A DNA stretch of 64,000 nt from Eledone cirrhosa (lineage: Eukaryota), in contig OZ024740.1 of assembly GCA_964016885.1 (NCBI GenBank), forward strand, positions 203,608,001 through 203,672,000. Reading direction: 5' to 3'. A model generated the notes under the pieces. The model was not told the origin of the DNA, made no database searches, and saw nothing but the letters and a program-made list of their open reading frames with translations. This document shows, in pieces, positions 38,130 to 49,900 of this stretch (the first letter of the stretch is position 1; each line of letters opens with the position of its first letter). The position numbers and the translations under genes were made by a program.

Positions 38130-40430
38130 TAGAAAGTGAGGTTTTTTTTACAAAATGAAAAATAACCAAGGTGTTCTACACGAGTGAAAGTATAAAGAAA
38201 AAAAGATGAATTCGAAAATGCAACTGGAGTCTTATTTAAACAAAAATATATATATTTATTTGGTTCCTTTACTGGTTTCGCAGTTCTTCTGCTTTTCAAA
38301 AGTAGAGTTGAGATGGAAGGTCTGTGTTTTTCTCACATCTGGTTGGTCTTTGAATGTTACTTGTTTTATATGGAAAAAAGTGGCTCGAAACGCCAGGTTT
38401 TTAGAGAAGTAATTTGATTGGTTGGTCAATAAGTATAATAAATTTCGCGCCAGTACGCGTTACAAAGTTCTTCAAACCAGGGTGTGTGTGTGTGTGTGTG
38501 CTCAGGTTGTTTTTTCATATATGAGTGAAGTGTTTGGTTGGTTGATGTAGTCACGTGACTAAGTATATCAGCTTTCGCGTAAGTTTGTTTGAATTTCTTT
38601 TTACTTAAAAAAAGTGGCTCACGAAGGCTTTTTTTAATAAATATAATTTGATTGGTTATAAATGAAATTATGACTGTAACGTGAACAAATTCATTAAATT
38701 TCGCGCCCGTATTTGGGAATTTATTTTGTATCCTTTTAAAGAATTTTATGACAAGCAAAAGATAATGGTCAAGAGAAATGGGATGGGAGAATTGTTCTGG
38801 TTCAGTGAATATGGTTGGTTCGCTGGGGTGTCAGAATTCAGATTTTTTATTGAAATAAAGAAAGTAAAGATATGTATGTTTATTTGTGTGCTTGTGTGTG
38901 TGTGTGTGTGTGTGTGTATAGGAAGATGATTCTATTAGTAGAAATGCGGGAGGATGTTGTGTGTGTGTATGTGGGTGTTATGTGTGTGTGTGGGAGTATG
39001 TTAAGATAGAGAGAATATATATATTTTGCGTGTGTGTGTATATGTGTGTAGGAAAGTGATTCTATTAGTAGAAATGGGGGAGGGAGTTGTGTGTGTGTGG
39101 GGGGGGGGTGTTATGTGTGTGTATGGGTGTTATGTGTGTGTGGGAGTATGGTTAGCATGTTAAGATGAAGAGAATATATATATATTGTGTGTGTGTGTGT
39201 GTAGGAAAATGATTCCGTTAGTAGGAATATTTTTGAATGAACATATTTTCCTTATTCGTATTTGTTCTGTTGTATTGTCAGCGCAAACGTATGTTAAGGT
39301 TTATTTAGTTCGGGTTTTTATTTTCTAAAGTAGAAGGTGTTATGTGTGTGTGTGTATGTGTCTGTTTGGATGGTTAGCATGTTATGGTGTTGACATAATG
39401 TATATTAAACCATATTTAATGCTGGTCTATATTTTTGAATAAACATATTTTCCTTATTTATTCGTATTTGTTCTGTTGTATTGTCAGCGCAAAGGTAAAA
39501 TGGGAAGACTTGGAATTTGGGTGTCTTATTACTTGCGCATATGTCTAGATGTGCGCTTAGTGGTATCTGTCTCGTGGTTGGATCTCGTAATTGTTGGCGA
39601 TGAACTGTCATTCTGTTTCTGAGTGTGAGTTTAGTTTGTCCTATATAATCTTCATTGCATCCTTTACATTTAATAGAATAAATTAGATTTTTTGATGAGC
39701 AAGTGAAGTGATTTTTTACAGCAAAATCTTGTCCTGATTTAAATGTATACGTGTTGCCTTCAATGAGGTGAGTGCAGGTTCCACAATTAGAGCAACCATA
39801 TTTTTTGACAGTTGGTTGTGGGTTTGTGGTAGGTAATTTGGCATCGGTAAGTAATATTTTCAGTGATTTCGGTTGTCTTTTGCTTTTGATTATTTTGTGT
39901 GTTTCAAGGGCTTTTTTCATTCTTGGTCCTTGTTTCAGTAGTGGGATGTTCTTGTGAATAGTGTTGTAAGCTTCCGCATTTCTTGGGTTGTGTGTTGAGA
40001 TATATGATAGAATATTGGACGTACCTTGAATTTGTTTCTGTTTTCGTAATTCATCAATGCCTATTGCTTTAGCCTTTTCTATTCCATTATTTATTAATAA
40101 TGGTGGGTACTCTCTCTCGAGTAGAATTTCCTTTAATTCTTGAAGTTTTTTATTTCGCGTTTCATAATTGGAGACAATTGTGCAAATTCTTCTTGCTAGG
40201 TTAAAAGGAATGTTCGTCTTCGTATGCTTTGGATGGTTGGAGGTGAATAGCAGGTATTGTTTGGAATCTGTTGGTTTGTAGTGTATGTCAGTTTCAATAT
40301 TTGTGTCTTTTTTTAAGATTAAGATGTCCAGAAATGGGAGTTGATCTTGGCTGTATTCCATTGTAAATTGGATGTGGTTATTGATGCCGTTTATTAAGTT
40401 TTTGAAATCATTCAGTTGGTCGAGTGTGTG
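38130..40430 (-). mobile_element. Penelope-like element 3' part (Neptune-like: RT thumb, Cys linker, GIY-YIG, 3' UTR)
   Basis: Uninterrupted 318-aa ORF at 39405-40361: PFLDIL, YKPTDSKQYL, CSNCGTC, LIYSIKCKGC..DYIGQT, RMTVHR and RPALN. Confidence 0.9.
38267..38302 (-). ncRNA. Hammerhead-like motif with U3-A8 variant core
   Basis: CTT-TTGAAAA-GCAG(aagaa)CTGC-GAAA-CCAG-TA-AAG; stem I is only 3 bp. Confidence 0.55.
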
Positions 40431-40431
40431 G

Positions 40432-40480
40432 GATATATATATGATATATATCTAATATATATATATATACATGATATATA

Positions 40481-40533
<53 letters not shown>

Positions 40534-40770
40534 ATATATCTAATATATATATATATGATATATATCTAATATATATATATATATATGATATATATCTAAT
40601 ATATATTTATATATATATATATATATATGATATATATATATATATGATATATATCTAATATATATATATATGATATATATCTAATATATATTTATATATA
40701 TATATGATATATATCTAATATATATTTATATATATATATGATATATATCTAATATATATTTATATATATA

Positions 40771-40855
<85 letters not shown>

Positions 40856-40871
40856 ATATATATCTAATATA

Positions 40872-40929
<58 letters not shown>

Positions 40930-41143
40930 ATATATCTAATATATATTTATATATATATATATATATATGATATATATCTAATATATATTTATATATATAT
41001 ATATATATATGATATATATATATATGATATATATATATATGATATATATTTAATATATATTTATATATATATATATATATATATATGATATATATCTAAT
41101 ATATATTTATATATATATGTATATATATATATGATATATATCT

Positions 41144-41208
<65 letters not shown>
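40432..41208. repeat. (TA)n-derived higher-order microsatellite
   Basis: Recurrent unit TGATATATATCTAATATATA(T)TTA interspersed with pure TA runs. Confidence 0.95.
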
Positions 41209-41211
<3 letters not shown>

Positions 41212-41350
41212 GAATTTGTATTTAATTTGTTGGAATTCCGACAAACATAAATGCTTATAACTGATTTAGAGCACTCAACAGATTAGTGGAGTAAATATTC
41301 CAAGATATTAAATAAATGGAAACTATATTTATAAAACCATATTTATTTTA

Positions 41351-42609
41351 TCTACTATATAAATTGGAAGTGGTCGGACGTTGTATATGTAGGTGTCGTC
41401 GGATAAACGTCGAAACGGCTTGGTGGAATGCAGCGAAAATTTACACAGTTATGCAGAATGACCCGAGGAGGCGTTGGGTCGACATTCAAGCTACAAGCTT
41501 CCATGGTTACGGAGAAAATCGATGAAACAGGAATTTCCCATGAAACGGCTAGCCAAAGGGAAGGCCGACTTTCAACGTCACGTCAGTATCGTGAACGCTC
41601 GATTACGAGATTTGATATTTTGCGCGTTCTAAGCAGACTTCTACTGCATAAACAACACATTCAAATTAATAAAGTTCCTCGATCGGCTTCCAGGGAATAC
41701 AGTTTCATTTAAGTCTATTGACACCAACAAAAATGCTGAGGATGCCACAATGTTTACCATTGAATTCCTCAACAGTCAAACACCTCCTGGACTTCCGCCT
41801 CACGTCCTGCAGCTAAAAGTTGGTGCGCTGGTTATGATGCTAAGGAACTTGGACTCTCCAACAATGTGCAACGGAACACGAATGATCATCAAATCGTTAA
41901 AGTCCAAAATCTGGTTGCGACAATCTTGAATGGATCAGCTGATGGCACATACGTTCTAATTCCTCCAGTACAACTCAGTCCATCTCACGTCGTCAACGAA
42001 TTTACGCGGCTGCAATATCCCATCAAACTCAGCTTTGCCATGACCATCAACAAAGCACAGGGACTATCGATGCAAGTGGTTGGACTGAATCTGAGTGAAC
42101 AGGTATTCTCACATGGCCAACTGTACGTTGGATGTTCCCGAGTAGGAAGTCCGCGGGGACTCTTCATTTACTCAACAAAAAGAGAAGTTAAAAATGTTGT
42201 CTACCAAGAGGCTCTACAATGATAACGCTCTTCATTGCCAGCCTCTTTTCCGTGCCATACATGGTTCGACTTCATGTCGATCTTCGCTTCTGTGCCAGCC
42301 CCATTTTAATTGCAAAGCAAATAAATGCACATAAGTTTGTGATTATTAATTTGGTTGATTTTTATGTTTGTCTTTGTTTGTGTTTTGTCTTTTTGGATTT
42401 CAATTTTTTTTCTCTTTTTGGGGTTTTCATATTTCTGTTTTCAACCTTATTTGACAGTAAATTTATTAGGATTTCGGTTTGTTATTCTTAATAATTTTTG
42501 TTTTTCGTGTTCCCTTTTTGTGATTTTTGTTGGTTTCTTGGTGGAGAAAAGAAGTTGAATTCTTATCAGTGAACCAAATCTCCCGGGTAAAACCGGGTTA
42601 AACAGCTAG
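41351..42609 (+). mobile_element. Internally deleted Helitron with Pif1-like helicase fragment
   Basis: A|TC start, subterminal hairpin CCCGG-GTAAAA-CCGGG (42582-42597), CTAG|T end and no TSD. Helicase motifs EFLNS..PPGLPPH.L.LKVG, FAMTINKAQG and FSHGQLYVGCSRV. The 5' end is repeated at 63039. Confidence 0.93.
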
Positions 42610-42795
42610 TTATATATATTTCAAGGGCAACCAAGGCAACCTTGGTGCGCTTTCATCAGATAAAATACAAAGTGTGTTTTATAAATAAAGACATATCCAT
42701 GATAATCAAACCTTATCGGTCGGAAATTCCAGTGAATTTCCGACCGATAAGGTTTGATTATCATGGATATGTCTTTATTTATAAAACACACTTTG

Positions 42796-42860
42796 TATTT
42801 TATCTGATGAAAGCGCACCAAGGTTGCCTTGGTTGCCCTTGAAATATATATAATAAAATA
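42796..42860 (+). ncRNA. Type I hammerhead ribozyme (right arm of perfect palindrome)
   Basis: TATTTTAT-CTGATGA-[AAG..GCA-CCAAGG ttg CCTTGG-t-TGC..CTT]-GAAA-TATATA-TA-ATAAAATA. Confidence 0.85.
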
Positions 42861-42902
42861 AATATGGTTTTATAAATATAGTTTCCATTTATTTAATATC
42901 TT

Positions 42903-42962
<60 letters not shown>

Positions 42963-43183
42963 TTAGTTAGTTAGAAAGTGAACAACACAAAATATAACTA
43001 CTTGTTATATTTTGTGTTGTTCACTTTCTAATTAAATAGCTCTGTTCTATATATATAGAGCACTCTTTTTTCCTTTGATTTTCCTTCGGAATTACCTAGC
43101 ATATATATAATATAATATATATATATATATAGTGAAAGATTGAAGAATAACATGGTCGGCTGTACAAAAAGGGTTTTATTTCA

Positions 43184-43296
43184 AGTATTAACAATTGTTT
43201 CATTGATCAGGTGAGTCTAAAGGCCGCTAATCACTCGAAGTTGCGTCACTCGACCTTAAATACAGTGTTTACCTCTAATCAATTCATCGGAATACT
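43184..43296 (-). ncRNA. Hammerhead with U4C core and long stem II insertion
   Basis: AGTATT-CCGATGA-ATTGATTAG...(about 65 nt)...CTGATCAAT-GAAA-CAATTG-TT-AATACT. Confidence 0.6.
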
Positions 43297-43355
43297 ATCC
43301 ACAATACAGAGTACTCACAACCTCTAACTGGATTACCTAACGATAACTTGTTATC

Positions 43356-43408
<53 letters not shown>

Positions 43409-43419
43409 TATAGATAGGT

Positions 43420-44450
43420 AAATATACACGGGTGTGTATGATTGTGTATAGAAGATTATATTAATAAGAGGAATTCCAACTTTGTCTGATTTACTCGTTT
43501 TATTTACAATCCTTTAAAATATATATAATGGTATTATAATGAAATAGTATGATAGAATATTAAATTCTAAGTGTTAATTGAACAAGTACTTTCATGCTTT
43601 CGCAATCTTCAGGTTCATAATATGTGGTAACAGTCGAGTTTGCAATTTTCAACTGTTATGAGATGGGTAAATTTCCTACCTTTTATACATTTTGTACAGA
43701 GAAAAGTGGCTCCAGAATGCTAAGCCCTGTAAACTGTATTTCGACCAATCAGTGTGTAGTTTCACTGAATTACTAAAGCAAAACTTCGGAATCTAAGGTG
43801 GACCGGGAAACCAAGTCAGTACTGGCCCTCTGGGTTGACGATGGACTCACTGCCCTCCAGTATGCAAGTTATCAACACGACTATGGTGACATCAAATGCA
43901 GTTTAACTTGCACGAAAATTCAGGCTCTCGTCTGCCTCAGGTCTGTCACGCAACCAAGCAGCAGTGCGTACCCTAATTTGATGCCTATCTCATCAGCCAG
44001 CACTCTTGTTGAGGGTGAGTGCACCCGCATATGAATGGTCATTGTGGATTCATAGTCAAAAGCTCGGATTACGTCTACTCTCATGTCGCCTTGAACGACA
44101 TTATCAACAGGAGCCTTGACACGGTCGGCTTCCCGTCATAACTGGAGCCTCCCAGCCTCGTTCGTGGTAAGGGTAAGCACCCAGATTGGATATCCCTTTT
44201 CTTGTTCAAGAAGTGTAAATCCCTAATCCGGAAGGCCATATTCTGCCACATGTTCTCCGGTTCCAACCTTGTCATTTCGGCCACATATCCAGGCACCGCC
44301 GCTTGTAATACAAAGGAGAAGATAACCAAAGACCATGTTTTGACCGACCGCTTTTTTGTGCTGATTACTGTCGAAACCTCCTGTGTCCTCAGTCTCATCA
44401 CCCACTAGATCGGGAGGTGTGCATTTGGCTCACAGGGAAATCCTGCGCAA
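43420..44450 (-). mobile_element. Heavily degraded Penelope-like element 3' end (GIY-YIG remnant)
   Basis: SLVIFSFV...GYVAEMTRLE and RVDVIRAFD resemble a PLE endonuclease; followed by a TATA box and the hammerhead at 43579-43617. Confidence 0.5.
43579..43617 (-). ncRNA. Minimal type I hammerhead ribozyme
   Basis: TGAAC-CTGAAGA-tTGC(gaaa)GCAt-GAAA-GTAC-TT-GTTCA. Confidence 0.75.
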
Positions 44451-46300
44451 CAGAATTTATGACAAGACTAGCCTATTGAATTATAGGCACAGTTCAAATA
44501 GTTTCCATCTACCCAATTTCACTCTCAAGGGTTCGACAATTGCCCAAGGTGCCATGTAGTGGGATCGAAATCAGGACCTAATGGTTACGAAGTGAAACAT
44601 TTGGCCATGCTGAGTCCACAAAGTACCCTACCGATTTATCGATAGCTGTTGAAGTTGATGAAATAGCAGCTGATTAGCATTCGTTGCTGTGTATGTCTAA
44701 TATTTCCTTCGTCAGTAATTTACACACATATCTATCTTATATGCTAACCGAGCATTTTAGAGAGTAATTTACCACATATCTACAAGTAAGTGTTAAATGA
44801 GAATTTCAAAACTTTAACTCCACTAGTGTTTGATTATGTATGCATAGGAGATCTCCTTTCTCTCAATTTATAGCACTGGTCAAACCAAAGAAAGAGTTTA
44901 AAATGCATTTATTCAGCGATTTACTCCACATAAATGTGTTCGTTGAAATATTGCAAAAGCAAACAGATTAATTGTGTTTTGGAGATTTTGAAAACCTCAT
45001 CAGCTAGCTGTGTAATGTATATAACTGAATGCAAATATACACTGAGCATAAAATTACGATTTGTGATGGACCTCCGTGGATTACAACGATGAGTGTTCGA
45101 GTTGTTCAATGAATGGAATACCTTGCTCATGAAATTAACTTGTGAGTGGCTGAGCATTTTAGAAACACGTGTACGCTCAACGTAATTAATACGAGGATTC
45201 AACGTCACATAGAGTGTGAATTACTCTTTCTGTTTACCCAGTTTCACTCACAAGGCATGGGTCAACCCGAGATTATGGTAAATGGCATTTGCTCAAGATA
45301 CCACTCAGTGGGATCAAACTCGAGACCTAATGATTGCGAAGTAAACTTCTTAATTATTCGGCCTTGCTGCGTTCACAGTACGTTGAAATATTGGTTTCTG
45401 ATTTAGGCGCAAGGCCAACAATTTTGGGAGAGGGGAAAGTCGATTAAATCGACCCCAGTGCATTACTGGTTCTTTACTTTATGGAACCTCGTAAGGACGA
45501 AAGGCAAAGCTAACCTCGACAGGATTTGAACTCAGATCATAAAGGGGCGTAACACTATGTTATAAAGCATGTTGTCCGATGCTCTACCGATACTGCTAAT
45601 TCACCGCTCAAGTACGTAGAAATATTTAGGTACAAGGCCATCATTTAGGTACAAGGCCATCAATTTTGGGGGAGGGGAAATTCGATTAAATCAATCCCAG
45701 TGCATTAAATAAATTTAATCGACCCCATAAGGATGAAAGGCAAAGCTAAAGTACGTTGAAATATTGGTTTCTGAATTAGGCACAATGCCAACATTTTGGC
45801 GGGGAGAAAGTCGATTAAATCTACTCCAGTACAAAGCTAAAGTACGTTGAAATATTGTGAAAATAAACAAATTGTATTTTGTTGATTTTGAGAATCTCAT
45901 TAGTGTAGCTCTATTACATACACGCATACACACAAACACCCACTCTTATCTTTCTATCTCTCAAACATTTAAACCCACTCATACACATAAACACACATAC
46001 AATTTACTCCAATCTAAGTCAAACATATATAACTGAATACAAATATTCACCAAGTATAAAACTATGATTTACTCGCCTGACAATTAACTTTAAGAGAATT
46101 ATCAGCAAAAAAGCTCTTCCAATAAGTTATGTAAATTAGTTCTGAATAAGAATAATGAAACTTTCTAGACATTTATTTCGTCGTTGGATTTCTACCAAGT
46201 TACTGCAGACAACTAAAATGTTATTATAGGTGACATACACAAATAGATGTCATAGAACGAAATATAGTAGACATAAGATATATGAAAAATGTTACACGGA

Positions 46301-46334
<34 letters not shown>

Positions 46335-46454
46335 GCCCCACCTCTCTCTCCCATCTATCTATCTGTCTGACTGTTTGTCTGTATGGCTCTCTCTCTCTCC
46401 CTCTCTTTCCACCCCCTCTCTCTCTCTCTCACTCACTCACTCACTCACTCACTC

Positions 46455-46520
<66 letters not shown>

Positions 46521-46890
46521 TTTTCAAATACCACTTTGGAAGAAGAATCAGGATGGAGAGAGAGGTGCTGTACCCCAGCAAGTTTTATGAAAGGTGGATG
46601 AAAGTGGCGAGAATGGCTCGAGTGAATGGGCCTTCTCTCTATATCAGCCTGTAGGTTGAGGAAAAGGAGGAGGAGAGGAAAGGAGTACAAACTCTTCGTA
46701 CTCCTGGAGATGAGGGTTGCACATTTTTTCGGGGGTATGTGTTACCCATATGAACTGTCTCCCCCTATTGGGGAAAATCGACTAATTTTTTAAATTGCAT
46801 TTGTGATAACATTTTACACGTTTATATTGTATGTAAACTTCCCCCTTTGTATTTGTCCCCTTCTTTTGTGCCCCTGTGGCTAATAAAGAA
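46521..46890 (+). mobile_element. 5'-truncated copy of a Tx1-type LINE 3' end
   Basis: FFKYHFGRRIRMERE...ARMARV is homologous to about 52310-52443; same GTGGCTAATAAAGAAAT end; flanked by (TCTA)n. Confidence 0.88.
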
Positions 46891-46910
46891 ATATATCTAT
46901 CTATCTATCT

Positions 46911-49900
46911 GCCTGACGCGTGGAACATCGCCGGTAAGATTTTTTGTAAATTTATATACGAAAAACAGAACAAATTGTTTGAAAAAACATATCATTTTGT
47001 AGATTAACCCCAAGCTGAATTGTCAGCTGGGTGGTAATCCCATTTTTCGCCCCTTTAGGGGCGAACATTTAATTTAAAAATTGTTTTCAAAAATCAAATT
47101 TTGCCAGCTATAAAACATGAATAACTCGAAAAGAACGCTAGAGAACGTCGACAGAGAGAAGAGAGGTAAAGAGGCAGATATTAACGTTATATCTGCTTCT
47201 GCCACTATGGACGTCGCCATAGATGCGACTGTCAACAGCGACAAAAAAATATTACCACTTGAAGATTTTAAAATTTCTACCGTCGAAGCGGAGAAAAATA
47301 ACAATAACACACAGGAAAACACAGGAATTAAACCTATTAACATACATACACATGAAAAAGACAACATCAACAACTCCACAGATACATCTACACATAAAGT
47401 TTCACCTCGTCAAGGAATTGAGATTTCCAACACCGAGGCTAACAACGATAACAACAAAAACAACAACAGCAACACCACACAAAAAAAAATGTCTTTCGCT
47501 GAAACTGAACGAAAAACAAGATTTTATAAATCTTGACATCTCCAATGCAAGGGAGAAAATTTGTAACTTTCGAAGACAAGAGTGGGTTTAGAATTAACTC
47601 ACCCCTCGAAATAAAAGAAGAGACAGTTCGAAGGACAGTGACCTTTAGGACTGTCTGCAACACAATGAGAAAGCCGATATTTGTTAGTCAAGGAGATATA
47701 GAAGTTACCTTGAAGGAAATTCTAGCAAATATTGACTTTCTCCAACGAGGAAAACAGTACGGAAGTGTTTCCGTACTGTTTAAAAGCCAGGCACTCGCTC
47801 AAAAACATTCTGTGACACCAATGGTGTCAAAAGCATTCACATCTTTCCCTACGTACATGGGAAAAAGGACACAAAAAATAAGAATAAAAAATATACCACC
47901 AAACATTAACATCTGGTAGATCTTGGTTGGCTTCGTAGAGCCAGAGACTGATATGATTCTTTCGATACGAAAGTCTATTAGACAAAGGTGGGCGGGTACT
48001 GATTTGGAGATTCTGATGCAAATGAGGCCGAAGAGAATCTCCAAAATACCCGACAAAGTCGTCATCGACGACAACAACAAAATAAACATTTCGGTAGAAG
48101 GGCGTAAATTTCATTGCTTTCGCTGTGGTAGCACAGCACACTTAAAAGCCTCCTGTCCTTCACAAACACACCACAACAACATCATTAAAAAAACACTATT
48201 ACCAACACCAACACCAAAACAACCACCACCACCACAAGTACAACAACAGACGAAACGAGCAACCACACCAAAACAAACAGCCACTCAACCAACAACAACA
48301 GAATAAACACAGACAACACCTCTGAAGAACACAGCCCCACCCTCATCCCACTCCATTAAACACTACCACAAACACACACACCGAAACACCACCACCACAC
48401 AACACACTCCTACCCCACACTCCTGACGATGATTATTCAACGACAGATGAGGCTACTTCTCCTTCTTTAAGTGAAGAAGAGGGAGAGCCTCGGAAATCTA
48501 AAAAACAAAAAAAAGAGAAACCACAAAACCCTCAAAACTCCAATCACCAACACCAACACACAACCACAGACACAAACAACAACACAAACAACACCACAGT
48601 CAAACATCCCCCTACCAACAAAACCAACACCAACACCACCCCAAACACAAGCATCCACCATAAAAAGAAAACTCCCAGATGAACAACAAACTAAAACAAC
48701 ACAAGAAAAACACAAACAACAATACGCATACATCAACACAAAGAACAAGAGTCTGATGGCGGTCATCTCCCAAAACCCCAAGGTGGAGACGGAGGGCAAA
48801 ACTTTCGTCAAAGTAGAATCGTCTCCACAACTTAAACTTATAACGGTTTCTATGGAAACCTATAGTGACCTAAAAAATAAATTTTCCCAGGACGTGGGCA
48901 CCCCCTGCCAGAAACCCATTAACCGCGTCCTGTTAAAATGTTTCCCCACCCCACCCAACACCCCATCCAGCACCCAAATGGAGATTGAACAGCTCGATCT
49001 CCAGGAAACGAAAAGGTAAGTGCACCTTTTCGTCCTTTTTCTCCAACTCTTCTTCACCAACATGGCTAGTTTAAGAGTTGGAAGCCTGAATGTGCGTGGC
49101 CTAGGGATGCCCTGGAAACAGGGCCAACTTTTAAACGACCTTAGGTCACACGGTATGGATGTGATAGCCATCACCGAGTCCAGGATCCACAACAGGCAGC
49201 AACTAACTCCCATCTTCGACGACTTTGAGATCTACGCATCTCTCTGTCAGCCAGGAGGTGGAGGAGGAGTGGTTGTCATGTTTCGGAAGAACCTGGACGT
49301 CGAAGTACAGCAAGTACACTTGGACCCGGAAGGTTGACTGGTAGTCCTAGACGTGAACAGTATCGGAGGTGGAGCGTTCAGACTGGTGGCCGTTTATGTC
49401 CCGACCGGGCAATCGCAATCACGGCCAGACTTCTTTAAGCGTCTAGAGTCTTTTCTGGGAATGTCTCGCTCCTTACTTTTAGTGGGGGACTGGAATGGTA
49501 TCCTAGATGCACGATGGGACTATGTGGGAGTATGTCCCAGTAGAGTGGGGTGGGGGTGGGTGGGTGCAACGCCTCAAAACTTTAATCGGCCAATTCCAAC
49601 TGGCCGATAGGTATCGACTGGATTTCCCGACTGCACCACAGTGGACGTGGGCAAACCGCAGCGGGACATCTAGATCGTATTTAGATAGGTTCTTCATTAG
49701 AGAAAGGGACAAGGAGATGTTAAGCTGTCCACGAATGCACATGGTTGCCTACTCAGATCACAAATTAGTCGTCTGCTTAATCAACCGTGATAGAACACAT
49801 AGACAGGGACCCGGATACTGGAAGCTAAACGTGTCGTTGCCGGCACGTAAAGCTTACAGTGAACGGATAAGTAGACTAGTCAAGCAACAGTTAACCGGAG

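Noticed and set aside
41866-42222. Host PIF1 helicase gene
   Set aside because: A frameshifted fragment enclosed by Helitron termini, so it is a RepHel remnant.
42621-42842. Near-identical 66-aa ORFs on both strands
   Set aside because: A by-product of the DNA palindrome; the real signal is the ribozyme pair.
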